This document shows positions 17,594-26,795 of a DNA stretch of 64,000 nucleotides, piece by piece. Made by a program: the position numbers and the translations under genes. Position 1 is the stretch's first letter. Each line of letters begins with the position of its first letter. The stretch is taken from the NCBI GenBank assembly GCA_016874975.1, contig VGSQ01000001.1, forward strand, positions 3,474 to 67,473, given 5' to 3'. The notes under the pieces are model-generated. The model saw only the letters and a program-made list of their open reading frames with translations, made no database searches and had not been told where the DNA came from. This DNA is from Deltaproteobacteria bacterium (GTDB taxonomy: Bacteria > Desulfobacterota > Desulfobaccia > Desulfobaccales > 0-14-0-80-60-11).

Positions 17594-18589
17594 TTGGGAC
17601 CCTTTGCTACACGCGATCTCTGGTACGCCCTGGGCCTCTCGGGCATCCTGGTGGGGGTCATCCTGCTGGTGATGGCCTTGTATTACCTGTTGGTAGACCC
17701 GGTCAAACGGCGCCAGAAGATCATGGAACGGCTGGAGGCGGCCAGCGAAGAACACCTGAAAAAGGTGCAGGTGTTGAAGGCCGGGCTGGAGTCCCAGGGA
17801 AACCGGGCCATGGCCTTCATGAAGCGCTTTCTGGGGACCGGACGGCTCAGCCGGGTGCAAAGGATGCTCCTACAGGCGGACATTTTCTGGCTGCCCAGCT
17901 CCTTCCTGCTCCTGGTGGGGGGGCTGGGGGCGGCCGGATTTTTCGGCGGCTTTGTGCTCCTGGGCAGCCTCCTGTGGGGCCTCGCGCTCATGGTGGGGCT
18001 GGCCTCCCTGCCCTTCCTTTACGTGCGACGGAGGAAGAAGGTCAAGACCCTGCTCTTCGAGGAACAGATGCCCGACGCCATGGAGCTCATGGTGCGATCG
18101 CTCCGGGCCGGCCACACCATGCCTGCGGCCATCGAACTGCTGAGCAAGGAGATGAACCACCCCATGGGCTCCGAGATGCGGGTCACATATGAAGAACAGC
18201 GCTTCGGCATCAGCATTCCCGAATCGCTGCTGCACCTGCTGGAACGGGTGGAGTCGGACGACCTGCGCTATTTCGTCACCGCGGTGGTCATTCAGCACGA
18301 AGCCGGCGGCAATATCGTGGAAATCATCGAAAAGATCGGCATGGTGATCCGCAGCCGCCTCAACTTCAAGGCCAAAATCCGGGCCTTCACCGCCGAAGGT
18401 CGGCTCTCCGCCCTGGTGCTCATCATTCTGCCGGTGGCGCTGTTCTTCCTGCTCCTGGTCATTAAGAACGAGTACGAAGGGGTGCTGCTGCGCGATGAGT
18501 TGGGCCGCCGCTTCCTTATCGTGGGCGTCTTTATGCTCCTGGCCGGCGCATACGTCATGCGGCGCATCATCCGGTCGGTGGAGCTTTAG
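17594..18589 (+). CDS. tadB: TadB (type II secretion F-domain membrane protein)
   Basis: 331 aa polytopic; 'LPDAMELMVRSLRAGHTMPAAIE' GspF-like segment. TTG start as given by the track. Confidence 0.88.
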   Translation: MGPFATRDLWYALGLSGILVGVILLVMALYYLLVDPVKRRQKIMERLEAASEEHLKKVQVLKAGLESQGNRAMAFMKRFLGTGRLSRVQRMLLQADIFWLPSSFLLLVGGLGAAGFFGGFVLLGSLLWGLALMVGLASLPFLYVRRRKKVKTLLFEEQMPDAMELMVRSLRAGHTMPAAIELLSKEMNHPMGSEMRVTYEEQRFGISIPESLLHLLERVESDDLRYFVTAVVIQHEAGGNIVEIIEKIGMVIRSRLNFKAKIRAFTAEGRLSALVLIILPVALFFLLLVIKNEYEGVLLRDELGRRFLIVGVFMLLAGAYVMRRIIRSVEL

Positions 18590-18609
18590 GGGATGCAGGA
18601 GAACCCGTC

Positions 18610-19545
18610 ATGCTGTGGCTGATTCTCATCACCTCCTTTCTGGCCGTCTTCCTGTTGATCTACGCCCTGGAGTTGGTCTGGGACCGGCGGCGCCGCATCC
18701 GGGATCAGTTGACCAACCCCGATCCCTGGCAGAGCTCAGCCCTGCTGAAGCCCGACCCTGAGCGCTCCGCGGTCAAGGAAATGGCCCTGAAGTGGCTCTC
18801 GGCCTCGGGCTACTGGACCCTCAAGGACCCCAAGAATCTCTCCCGGATGCGGGAGACCCTGATCCAGGCCGGGTTCCGCCATCCCCAGGCGCCCTTCATT
18901 TACATGAGCCTGCGGGCCCTCACCGCCCTGTGGTTGCCGGTGCCCTATCTGCTGCTGCTGGTCATCAAAGGCGGCGTCACGCCCCTGACCCTGCTGCCGG
19001 CTGTGGGCCTCTCCCTGGTGGGCTTCCTTTTGCCCACGCTGGTCCTCCGTTTTTACAAAGAGGGCCGGCAAAACCGCCTGGACCGGGCCCTGCCGGACAT
19101 CCTGGACCTGCTGGTCATCTGCATGGAGGCGGGGCTGTCCCTCAACGCCTCCCTGAACCGGGTGGCCGAGGAGATCAAGCTGGTTTACCGGGATTTCTAC
19201 GTGGAGTTGCAGATCACCAGCGCCGAACTGCGGGCCGGCCTCCCCTGGGACGAGGCCCTGGACAACCTGGGCCGGCGCACCGGCGTGCAGAGCATCAAGT
19301 CGCTGGTGGCCCTGATGATCCAGTCGGAGAAGCTGGGGGCCAGCATCGGCCAGGCCCTGCGCAACCACGGCGAGTTCACCCGCACCCAGCGGGCCCTCCG
19401 GGCCGAAGAGCGGGCGGCCAAACTGGCGGTGAAGATCGTCTTCCCCCTGGTCTTCTTCATCCTGCCCGTCATGTTCATCATCACCGTGGGGCCGGCCATC
19501 ATTCATATTATCAGGACCATGTTCCCGGCTATCCTGGGAAAATAG
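18610..19545 (+). CDS. tadC: TadC (type II secretion F-domain membrane protein)
   Basis: 311 aa; 'LPDILDLLVICMEAGLSLNASL' GspF-like segment, TMs at both ends. Confidence 0.88.
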   Translation: MLWLILITSFLAVFLLIYALELVWDRRRRIRDQLTNPDPWQSSALLKPDPERSAVKEMALKWLSASGYWTLKDPKNLSRMRETLIQAGFRHPQAPFIYMSLRALTALWLPVPYLLLLVIKGGVTPLTLLPAVGLSLVGFLLPTLVLRFYKEGRQNRLDRALPDILDLLVICMEAGLSLNASLNRVAEEIKLVYRDFYVELQITSAELRAGLPWDEALDNLGRRTGVQSIKSLVALMIQSEKLGASIGQALRNHGEFTRTQRALRAEERAAKLAVKIVFPLVFFILPVMFIITVGPAIIHIIRTMFPAILGK

Positions 19546-19700
19546 GATGTTCCCCCCTCGCTCCGCCGTCGCGGCCGAGGGGTCGGTTGCATTACCGCTT
19601 TCTGATGATTATTTTAAACTGAAAATCTCCAACCCCTGTGCCCCCGTCACAGGAAACAGGCCCGCATTTCGGGAAGCCATCAAGCAAATGGAGAAGTGAG

Positions 19701-20894
19701 ATGAACACCCGATGCAAAAAATTTCTGACGAACAGGTCCGGGATGACCGGCGTTCTCACCGCTATCTGCCTCTTCGTCTTCGTGGGCCTGCTGGCCCTCG
19801 TCATTGACCTGGGGCATCTGCAAGGGGTGAAAAGCGAATTGCAGAACGCCGCCGATTCGGCGGCCCTCGCCGGCGCCCGGCGCCTGCTGGGCAGCGATGA
19901 GTACCCCTGGGTTGCTCCCCTGGGCGGCAACTATGGCGTTTACACCGCCGCCACCCCGGACTGCCTTGACGCCGTGAATCAGGCCCGGCAGGCCTCCAGC
20001 TCCAACCGCTCCGACGGTCAACCACTCCCCAACACGGTGGAGGTGAGCAATGTGGTGCTGGGCTGGTGGGACTTTGACAACAATCGCTTCGAAGCCAGGC
20101 CTTCCTGCACCTGGGCCGACGTGAACGCGGTGCAGGTGACGGTGCGCCGCACCGAAGACAGCGGCAGCCCCGTGTTCCTGACCCTGGCCCGTCTTTTCGG
20201 CAGTGAGACCGCGGGGGTGGTGGCCATTGCCACCGCGGCCCTGATGCCCCAGGGGTATGTGACGGAACTGCCGGCCGGGCCCTTCAACAACATCGCCATC
20301 CAGAAGCGGGTTCTGGACAGCCTGGCGGCGGGGCAACCAGGCAACCTCAATCCCGCCGACCCGACCAACAGCTTCTGGTGCTCCCAGGACGGGCAGCCCT
20401 ATGCCTTCACCAACAACCTCAGGAAATGGCTGAAAGACGGCTCTCCCCCCATCGAGGCGACGGGTCGGCTCAACCTGGAGCAGGGGGTCAGGCACGTCAA
20501 CGACAAGTTGGTGCTGGAGGACATGAAGACATTCTTGAGTCAGCGCTCACGCTCCTGGGAGGTGGACGGCCAGTTGTATAACGGCTGGCTGCTGGTGATC
20601 CCGGTGATAAACTATGGCAGTTCCGCCCAGGCGCCGGTCAATCCCACGGGCATGCCCATAAATCCCCTGGCCCTGGTCCGCTGGCTCTTTGAGGTGCGGG
20701 AGGCCCATGCCTGCTATGCCTGGCGCGTCCCCATCGTTAAACTGCAGCCCATCATTATCACCCAGGTGGTGCCCACCGGCAAAAACAAGCGCATCGAATT
20801 CAAGGTGGCCCCCTGGTCGGTGGTCGTGGTGGGCGGCAGCTCCGGTGGCGGTCCCTCCACGGTGTACGCCACCCGGCCCAAACTGGTGCGGTGA
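19701..20894 (+). CDS. tadG: TadG-like pilus-associated protein (TadE/G N-terminal anchor)
   Basis: Start at ATG 19701 after ggagaag. 'GMTGVLTAICLFVFVGLLALVIDLGHLQGVKSELQNAADSAALAGA'. No obvious vWA MIDAS motif. Confidence 0.75.
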   Translation: MNTRCKKFLTNRSGMTGVLTAICLFVFVGLLALVIDLGHLQGVKSELQNAADSAALAGARRLLGSDEYPWVAPLGGNYGVYTAATPDCLDAVNQARQASSSNRSDGQPLPNTVEVSNVVLGWWDFDNNRFEARPSCTWADVNAVQVTVRRTEDSGSPVFLTLARLFGSETAGVVAIATAALMPQGYVTELPAGPFNNIAIQKRVLDSLAAGQPGNLNPADPTNSFWCSQDGQPYAFTNNLRKWLKDGSPPIEATGRLNLEQGVRHVNDKLVLEDMKTFLSQRSRSWEVDGQLYNGWLLVIPVINYGSSAQAPVNPTGMPINPLALVRWLFEVREAHACYAWRVPIVKLQPIIITQVVPTGKNKRIEFKVAPWSVVVVGGSSGGGPSTVYATRPKLVR

Positions 20895-21104
20895 GGCCTG
20901 TTCCGGCCACGCGGTCCCCAATCAGGCTCCGGACGCCTCAACGCCGGCAGGGCTGTTGAAAATCGGGCGAAACGCCGGTCGTCATTCTGACCGCAAAGGG
21001 GATCCTTGCGGCTATCCCGGCCCTGTGACCGGGGCGGCGCGCAGAATGACAACCTCATGTGTACCGACGGGTTTTGCAACCGCCCGTTGAGGAGAAACCT
21101 GAAT

Positions 21105-22148
21105 ATGAAGCGTTTTCTCGCTATCATCAAGGACAGACGTGGGATGATCGGCGTGCTCACGGCCGTCAGTCTCTTCATGTTCGTGGGCCTGCTGGCCATC
21201 GTCATCGACCTGGGGCATCTGCACGCGGTGCGGAACGAATTGCAAAGGGCCGCGGAGGCCGGGGCCCTGGCCGGCACCCGGGCGCTGTTCCCCCTGGAGG
21301 GCTACCCCTCCGTGGTGCCCGCCGTGGACCCGCCCTTCTGTGACCTGGGCACCGCCAAAGCCCGGGAAACGGCAGGGGCCAACCTGTCCGACGGCGCCTC
21401 GGTCACCGTGCCGATCAGCGATGTGGTGCGGGGCTGGTGGGACTGGACCGCCAACACCTTCACCCCCAAACCGGCCTCCTGCTCCCTGGCGGAGACCAAC
21501 GCCATCCAGGTGACGGCCCGGCGCACGGAGGCGAGCGGCGGCCCGGTCTTTCTCACCCTGGCCCGGCTCTTCGGGCTGGAGTCGGCGGGCGTGGTGGCCT
21601 CGGCCACCGCGGCGGTGGGCTACGTCAGCGGCCTGCCCCCGGGGCCGTTCAACAATATCGCCATCCAGGCCGGGTGGCTCGGGACCCTCACCGTCGGGGG
21701 CACCTTCAGCTTCAGCCCCGACCACTCGGACAACAGCTCCTGGGCCGGCCCCGACAGCCTCCCCAACATCAACGCCGCCCTTTTGAAGAACTGGATCAAT
21801 AATAACAGCTCCCCCGAGATGCCTCTTACCGGCGGCGTCAACCTGATCAACGGCTGGGCCACCTCGGTGCTCATGGCCCTGCAGTCCCAGTTGGGGCCGA
21901 ACTCCAAGACCTATCCGGGCTACGGTACAGGCTGGCTGGTGGTCCTCCCAGTAGTGAATGTTATCAAGATGAACCAGTCTGCGCCCATCGTCGCTCTGCA
22001 GCCGGTGATCATCACCAATGTGGTGCCCACCGGCGGCAACAAGCGCATCGAATTTATCTTGTACGGGGGCCCGGTGAGCGTCATCGGCGGCACTCCCGGC
22101 GGCCCCGTCTCCCTGGTCTGGGCCACCCGCCCCAAGCTGGTGCAATGA
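21105..22148 (+). CDS. tadG: TadG-like pilus-associated protein (second copy)
   Basis: Start at ATG 21105 after gaggag. 'GMIGVLTAVSLFMFVGLLAIVIDLGHLHAVRNELQRAAEAGALAG'. Paralog of 19701-20894. Confidence 0.75.
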   Translation: MKRFLAIIKDRRGMIGVLTAVSLFMFVGLLAIVIDLGHLHAVRNELQRAAEAGALAGTRALFPLEGYPSVVPAVDPPFCDLGTAKARETAGANLSDGASVTVPISDVVRGWWDWTANTFTPKPASCSLAETNAIQVTARRTEASGGPVFLTLARLFGLESAGVVASATAAVGYVSGLPPGPFNNIAIQAGWLGTLTVGGTFSFSPDHSDNSSWAGPDSLPNINAALLKNWINNNSSPEMPLTGGVNLINGWATSVLMALQSQLGPNSKTYPGYGTGWLVVLPVVNVIKMNQSAPIVALQPVIITNVVPTGGNKRIEFILYGGPVSVIGGTPGGPVSLVWATRPKLVQ

Positions 22149-22164
22149 ACGATTAAACTTCATG

Positions 22165-22188
22165 GGCAGGGGGTGTCCCCCCTGCCCT
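22165..22188 (+). terminator. GC hairpin 16 nt after tadG stop (no U-tract)
   Basis: GGGCAGGGGG-tgt-CCCCCCTGCCC. Confidence 0.4.
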
Positions 22189-22599
22189 GCTCTCTAACCC
22201 GGCGCCGTTTTCTCTAACCCGCGTTCCCAGGCTCTGCTTGGGAACGCCCTTGCCCCCGAAGCTCCGGCTTCGGACCACGGTCCACCGGCAAAGATCCGCA
22301 GGATGCGTCTTACGCCCCATTGCCGGGGGCCGTCGGCGGGCAGAGCCCGCCCTGCCGCGCCGACCTGCTCCAATGGTCAGAGGCACGGTTCTTGCTGAAT
22401 CAGTTTGACGGCAGCACGAATAATTCCGGCCCCTGCCCGGCTTTTCAAGCGCCGGCAGGGCCGCCCCTCAGGCCGGTAAAGCCTTGCCCGTTTCTGTTCT
22501 GATTTTTGTTGAGACAAAATTAAAACCGGAAACCGACCTTGCCGGATGACACCTGAAGTACAAGTAATTATGTAAATTATCCATGAGGCTCTTGCAAAA

Positions 22600-22750
22600 C
22601 TTCCGGTGCAGCGTCATAGTTTCCCAAATATCATGGTGCGCGGTGCGCACCCTACAGATTCTTCCGGTGCAGCGTCATGGTTTCCCAAATATCATGGTGC
22701 GCGGTGCGCACCCTACAGCCCCCAAGTAGGGTGCGCACCGCGCACCATGA
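22600..22750. repeat. 61-bp-period tandem duplication ending in a perfect 25-bp stem-loop
   Basis: 58-nt units at 22600-22657 and 22661-22718 differ at one base. TCATGGTGCGCGGTGCGCACCCTAC (22692-22716) is perfectly complementary to GTAGGGTGCGCACCGCGCACCATGA (22726-22750), with a 9-nt loop. Confidence 0.9.
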
Positions 22751-23058
22751 AAGAGATCGGCATCTTGCCGAGCGTTTTCAAAACCGCCGCCCTTTCCCAG
22801 GACAAAGGGAGAATTTTGCAAGAGCCTGATCGGATGAACAATTTTTTCTTGAAAAATAATTTGGTTTCTCTTATCCTAAGAATAAGGGGGGGATTTCTTG
22901 GGGATGAAAAATCTCACCGTTCCGTTTTTTCTCTAGCGGTATCCTCCGGAATTCCATCTAATTTGTTAGCTCCGAGGGCGCTTCCTCCGGAAGCCGATCC
23001 AGGCGGAGCGGGGCTGGGGTTCAGTTTCGCCGGGGCTGGCCAGCTTGACAGGGTGGGC

Positions 23059-23814
23059 ATGGAATTCGTTTATCCCTGCGCCGGGGCCGGGCTGTCCGTG
23101 GTATTGCCGGCCTACAACGAAGAGGAGAACCTGGAGGCGGCGGTGGCCCACTGCCTGGACCGGCTGCCCCGGGTGACGGAGCTGCCCTTCGAGGTGGTGG
23201 TGGTGAACGACGGCAGCCGGGACCGCACCGGGGAGTTGCTGGACCGTCTGGCCGCGGCGCACCCCCAGGTGCGGAGGGTGCATCACGCCTGCAACCAGGG
23301 CTACGGGCAGGCGGTGCTCACCGGCATCCGGAACACCCGCTATGACCTGATTTTTTTCACCGACGCGGATCTGCAGTTTGATCTGGGAGAAATAGGACTT
23401 TTGTTCCCGCATCTGCAGGACCATGACCTGGTGGTAGGGTATCGGCTGAACCGGCAGGACCCGCCCCACCGCCTGTTGTTCGCCTACGGCTGGAACAAGC
23501 TGATGCGGCTGCTCTTCGGGCTCAGGATCAGGGATGTGGATTGCGCCTTCAAACTTTTCCGGCGCCGGGTCATGGAGAACCTGACCATCATTTCCCGGGG
23601 AGCCATGACCAGCGCCGAAATCATGGTGCGCACCCGTGCGGCGGGCGTGACGTTCGCCCAGGTGGGCGTGCACCATTACCCCCGGCGGCGCGGCACGCCC
23701 ACGGGCGGGCAGTTGTGGGTGATTGCCCGGGCCTTCCGGGAGTTGGCCCGCTTCTTTTGGATCTGGTATCTGGCCGGACCCCGGATCCCGGTCCGTGAGT
23801 CAGGCAGGATCTGA
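23059..23814 (+). CDS. GT2 glycosyltransferase, polyprenyl-phosphate sugar synthase-like (DPM1/GtrB/ArnC type)
   Basis: Start moved to ATG 23059. 'LSVVLPAYNEEENL', 'VVVVNDGSRDRT', 'FTDADLQFD' (DxD). The upstream part of track ORF 22606-23814 reads through repeats. Confidence 0.85.
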   Translation: MEFVYPCAGAGLSVVLPAYNEEENLEAAVAHCLDRLPRVTELPFEVVVVNDGSRDRTGELLDRLAAAHPQVRRVHHACNQGYGQAVLTGIRNTRYDLIFFTDADLQFDLGEIGLLFPHLQDHDLVVGYRLNRQDPPHRLLFAYGWNKLMRLLFGLRIRDVDCAFKLFRRRVMENLTIISRGAMTSAEIMVRTRAAGVTFAQVGVHHYPRRRGTPTGGQLWVIARAFRELARFFWIWYLAGPRIPVRESGRI

Positions 23815-23852
23815 CAGGAAGTCAACCATCCCCGTCACCAAGGGACGAGACC

Positions 23853-24995
23853 ATGCACATCAAAAGCGATTGCCGCTTTTTTCTGGGCGACCGGCCCTGC
23901 AAGTATCACAAGCTCTTTGAGATGGAGTGTGAAGCCTGCCAGTTCTACCAGTCGGCCCCGGAACGGGTGCTCATCGTTAAGCTGGGCGCGGCCGGCGACG
24001 TGGTGCGCACCACTCCCCTGCTCGCCCCTTTGCGGGAGCGGCACCCCCGGGCCCTGATCTATTGGCTCACCGACTACCCGGAACTGGTGCCGCAGAGTGT
24101 GGACCGCATCCTGAAATTCAGCTACCGGAACCAGTTGGTGCTGCAGGCCACCCCCTGGCGGGCCATCTATAACCTGGACAAGGACGCGGAGGCCTGCGCC
24201 CTGGTGAATCTCTTGTATACCCCGGAGCAGTACGGCTTCAAGCTGGACAACGGGGTGTGCGTCCCCATCAATGAAATGGCCCACGACAAGTGGCTCACCG
24301 GCCTGTCCGACCCCTTGAACAAGGCCAACACCCTGAGCTATCTGGAAGAGATCTTTCTGATTTCAGGATTTCAGTACCGGGGCGAGCCCTACCTCTTGGA
24401 CGAGCCGTCGGCGCCGACTTTCTTGCATTTCTCCCGGGGCGCCGGGGTGGTGGGGCTGAACACCGGCTGCGGGACCCGCTGGCTGACCCGCAAATGGCCC
24501 GAGTCGCACTGGCTGCAATTGATCCAATACCTGCAGCACGCCGGTCTGCAGGTCCTCATCCTGGGGGGCCCCGACGAACACTCTTTTAATCTGGAGTTGG
24601 CCCGCAAAAGCGGCGCCCTTTACCCGGGCTATTACCCCCTGAAGGAATTCGTGGGTCTGGTGGCCGCCTGCGACCTGGTGGTCACCGGCGTCACCCTGGC
24701 CCTCCACCTGGCGTTGGGCCTGCAGAAGCGGGTGGTGTTGATGAACAACATCTTCAATCGCCACGAATTCGAGCTCTTCGGCCTGGGGGAGATTTTGGAG
24801 CCCGAACTGTCCTGCCTGGGGTGTTTCAAGAGCACCTGTTCCCTCAACTGCATGGCCCTGATCACGCCGGACCAGGTGTTCGCCTCCGTATTGCACCAGT
24901 TGGACAGGGAATCCTCCAGCTCGGAGGTGGGGGGGCATTTTCGGGAATCGGCCCGCTCTCCGCTGTGGGCCAACGGCCGCAACCTCATCCAATAA
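23853..24995 (+). CDS. GT9 family glycosyltransferase (heptosyltransferase-like) with Cys-rich N-terminus
   Basis: 380 aa; 'RVLIVKLGAAGDVVRTTPLLAPLRERHP' is typical GT9. The N-terminal 30 aa carry 5 Cys. Confidence 0.8.
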   Translation: MHIKSDCRFFLGDRPCKYHKLFEMECEACQFYQSAPERVLIVKLGAAGDVVRTTPLLAPLRERHPRALIYWLTDYPELVPQSVDRILKFSYRNQLVLQATPWRAIYNLDKDAEACALVNLLYTPEQYGFKLDNGVCVPINEMAHDKWLTGLSDPLNKANTLSYLEEIFLISGFQYRGEPYLLDEPSAPTFLHFSRGAGVVGLNTGCGTRWLTRKWPESHWLQLIQYLQHAGLQVLILGGPDEHSFNLELARKSGALYPGYYPLKEFVGLVAACDLVVTGVTLALHLALGLQKRVVLMNNIFNRHEFELFGLGEILEPELSCLGCFKSTCSLNCMALITPDQVFASVLHQLDRESSSSEVGGHFRESARSPLWANGRNLIQ

Positions 24996-25236
24996 ACGGG
25001 GAAACTCAGGCGCGGGGCCGGGAAGGCCTCCCCGGAGAGGCGGCCCACGGCGCAGCGGCGCCGGGTATTATATTGGCAACGCCGATGCAGACGCAGGGGT
25101 GGGTCCGGCCCACCCCAAGTTTTTTGGGGGCGCCCGAGAGACCTCCGGAAAGGGGGAAGGTCGCCGCAGGCTTCCGCCGGCGTTCTTTTGCCCGGCCTGA
25201 AAAGTTGGCGACGGGGGAGGGGGCCGGGGGACGCAA

Positions 25237-25372
25237 TCGCCCTCGTTCCCAAGCTCCTGCCCCGGCGCCGCAGGGCGGGCTCTGCCCGCCGCCGGCCCCC
25301 GGCAATGGTGCGTGAGACGCACCCTACGGAACTGATAATAACATAGGGGCGGTTCGCGAACCGCCCCTACGT
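25237..25372. repeat. mosaic intergenic repeat modules
   Basis: 25258-25328 is the reverse complement of 22295-22365 with few changes. Hairpins GGTGCGTGAGACGCACC and AGGGGCGGTTCGCGAACCGCCCCT. Confidence 0.75.
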
Positions 25373-25412
25373 GAACTTTTCAAGATAGACAGGTGCAGAA
25401 CGCTTTTGCCCC

Positions 25413-25943
25413 ATGGCCACCCCCCTGCTCCATTCCTTTTGCGGCTGGTGTCTTTACCGGGGTTTGCGAGGGCCCCTGAAGCTGGGAGGATCTTCCTCCG
25501 GCAAGTTGGCCGCCTGCCTGGTCCTGGCCAACCTGCCGGATCTGGACCTTCTGCCGCGGCTAATTTTCGGCGTCCTGAGCCCCCACGGTCTCTACACCCA
25601 CAATCTGCCGGCGGCGGCCGGGGTGGGCCTGGCGGTGGGGTTCCGGCAAGGCCGACAGTGGGGGCTCATGGCCTTCATCCTCGTCATGAGCCATCTGGTC
25701 ATCGACTTTTTCACCGGCCTGCGGCTGGGGCTGGCCCCCAGTTGGGGCCTCGCCTGGCTCTATCCCCTGGAGGGGGGCCGCTGGTCGGCGCCGGCGACCC
25801 TGTTCCTGGGAACCAGGCACGGCAGTTGGGAGGTCCTGTTCTCCCGGGCCAATCTGTGGGCGCCGCTGTACGAGGGGTGCCTCATGGCGGCGCTGCTGGC
25901 TCTGGCCTGGTTCCGGCGACGCCCCCCGGGCCTGCTCCGGTAG
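25413..25943 (+). CDS. membrane-bound metal-dependent hydrolase-like protein (YdjM/DUF457-like)
   Basis: 176 aa, 4-5 hydrophobic segments; 'ANLPDLDLL' and 'MSHLVIDFFTG' resemble DUF457. Confidence 0.55.
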   Translation: MATPLLHSFCGWCLYRGLRGPLKLGGSSSGKLAACLVLANLPDLDLLPRLIFGVLSPHGLYTHNLPAAAGVGLAVGFRQGRQWGLMAFILVMSHLVIDFFTGLRLGLAPSWGLAWLYPLEGGRWSAPATLFLGTRHGSWEVLFSRANLWAPLYEGCLMAALLALAWFRRRPPGLLR

Positions 25944-26108
25944 GGCCGACGGCCATGCGCGACCGCTGTGGGTGGGTGTGGTCCGGAAAAAGAAATCCTG
26001 GGCAAATCCGGGGAAACGCGCCTTGAAGCCCGGCGCGTTCCGGGTATAATAGGGAAACGGCGGCCGGCCGGGGAGCGTCCGGGCCGGTCCTGCCTGCCAG
26101 GGAAAACC

Positions 26109-26747
26109 ATGCTGCCCGTCTCCGCCTATACGGCCCCCCGGGGCTTCACCGTCTGGCTCACCGGCCTCTCCGGCGCGGGTAAATCCACGCTGGCCGCCAC
26201 CCTGCGGGAGCACCTGATCCAGGGGGGCCTCCCCAACCTCACCATTTTCGACGGCGATGAGGCCCGGGCCCTGCTCTGGCGGGACCTGGGCTTTACCCGG
26301 GAGGACCGGGAGGCCAATATCCGACGCCTGGGGGACCTGTGCACCCTGCTCACCGGCCAGGGTCTGGTCACCATCGTGGCCGCCATCTCTCCGTACCGCC
26401 GCTGCCGCCAGGACCTGCGCCGGCGCCTGCAGGCCTTCGTGGAGGTCTACGTGGCCTGCCCCCTGGAGGTCTGCGAACGGCGGGATGTGAAGGGACTTTA
26501 CGCCCGGGCCCGGGCCGGTGAGATCAAGCTCTTCACCGGCCTGGACGACCCCTACGAACCGCCGGAGGCCCCTGAAGTCACGGTCTGCACCGACCGGGAG
26601 ACGGTGGAGGAGGGGGTGGCGAAAATCATCGCCGCCCTGCTGGATCGGGGCTTGCTTCGGATCGCGCCGGCGGCCGACATGGACCAGGGGTCCGGGTCCG
26701 CCCTGCCGACGCAGGTGGCGGGACGCCTGGCGGGGCCGTGCGCGTAA
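26109..26747 (+). CDS. cysC: adenylyl-sulfate (APS) kinase
   Basis: Start ATG 26109. 'GFTVWLTGLSGAGKSTLA' P-loop, 'FDGDEAR', 'LGFTREDREANIRR'. Confidence 0.92.
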   Translation: MLPVSAYTAPRGFTVWLTGLSGAGKSTLAATLREHLIQGGLPNLTIFDGDEARALLWRDLGFTREDREANIRRLGDLCTLLTGQGLVTIVAAISPYRRCRQDLRRRLQAFVEVYVACPLEVCERRDVKGLYARARAGEIKLFTGLDDPYEPPEAPEVTVCTDRETVEEGVAKIIAALLDRGLLRIAPAADMDQGSGSALPTQVAGRLAGPCA

Positions 26748-26795
26748 AAGCCGCAGAGGGAGCGCGGCAAACTGTTGTCTAGGAAAGGAGACTGC

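Noticed and set aside
22600-22750. Possible CRISPR array
   Set aside because: There are only two direct units separated by 3 nt, no unique spacers and no cas genes nearby. This is a tandem duplication plus an inverted copy.
22606-23058. N-terminal 151 codons of track ORF 22606-23814
   Set aside because: This part reads straight through the tandem repeat and hairpin (MVRGAHPT... twice) and AT-rich non-coding DNA. The GT2 domain begins at MEFVYP (ATG 23059).
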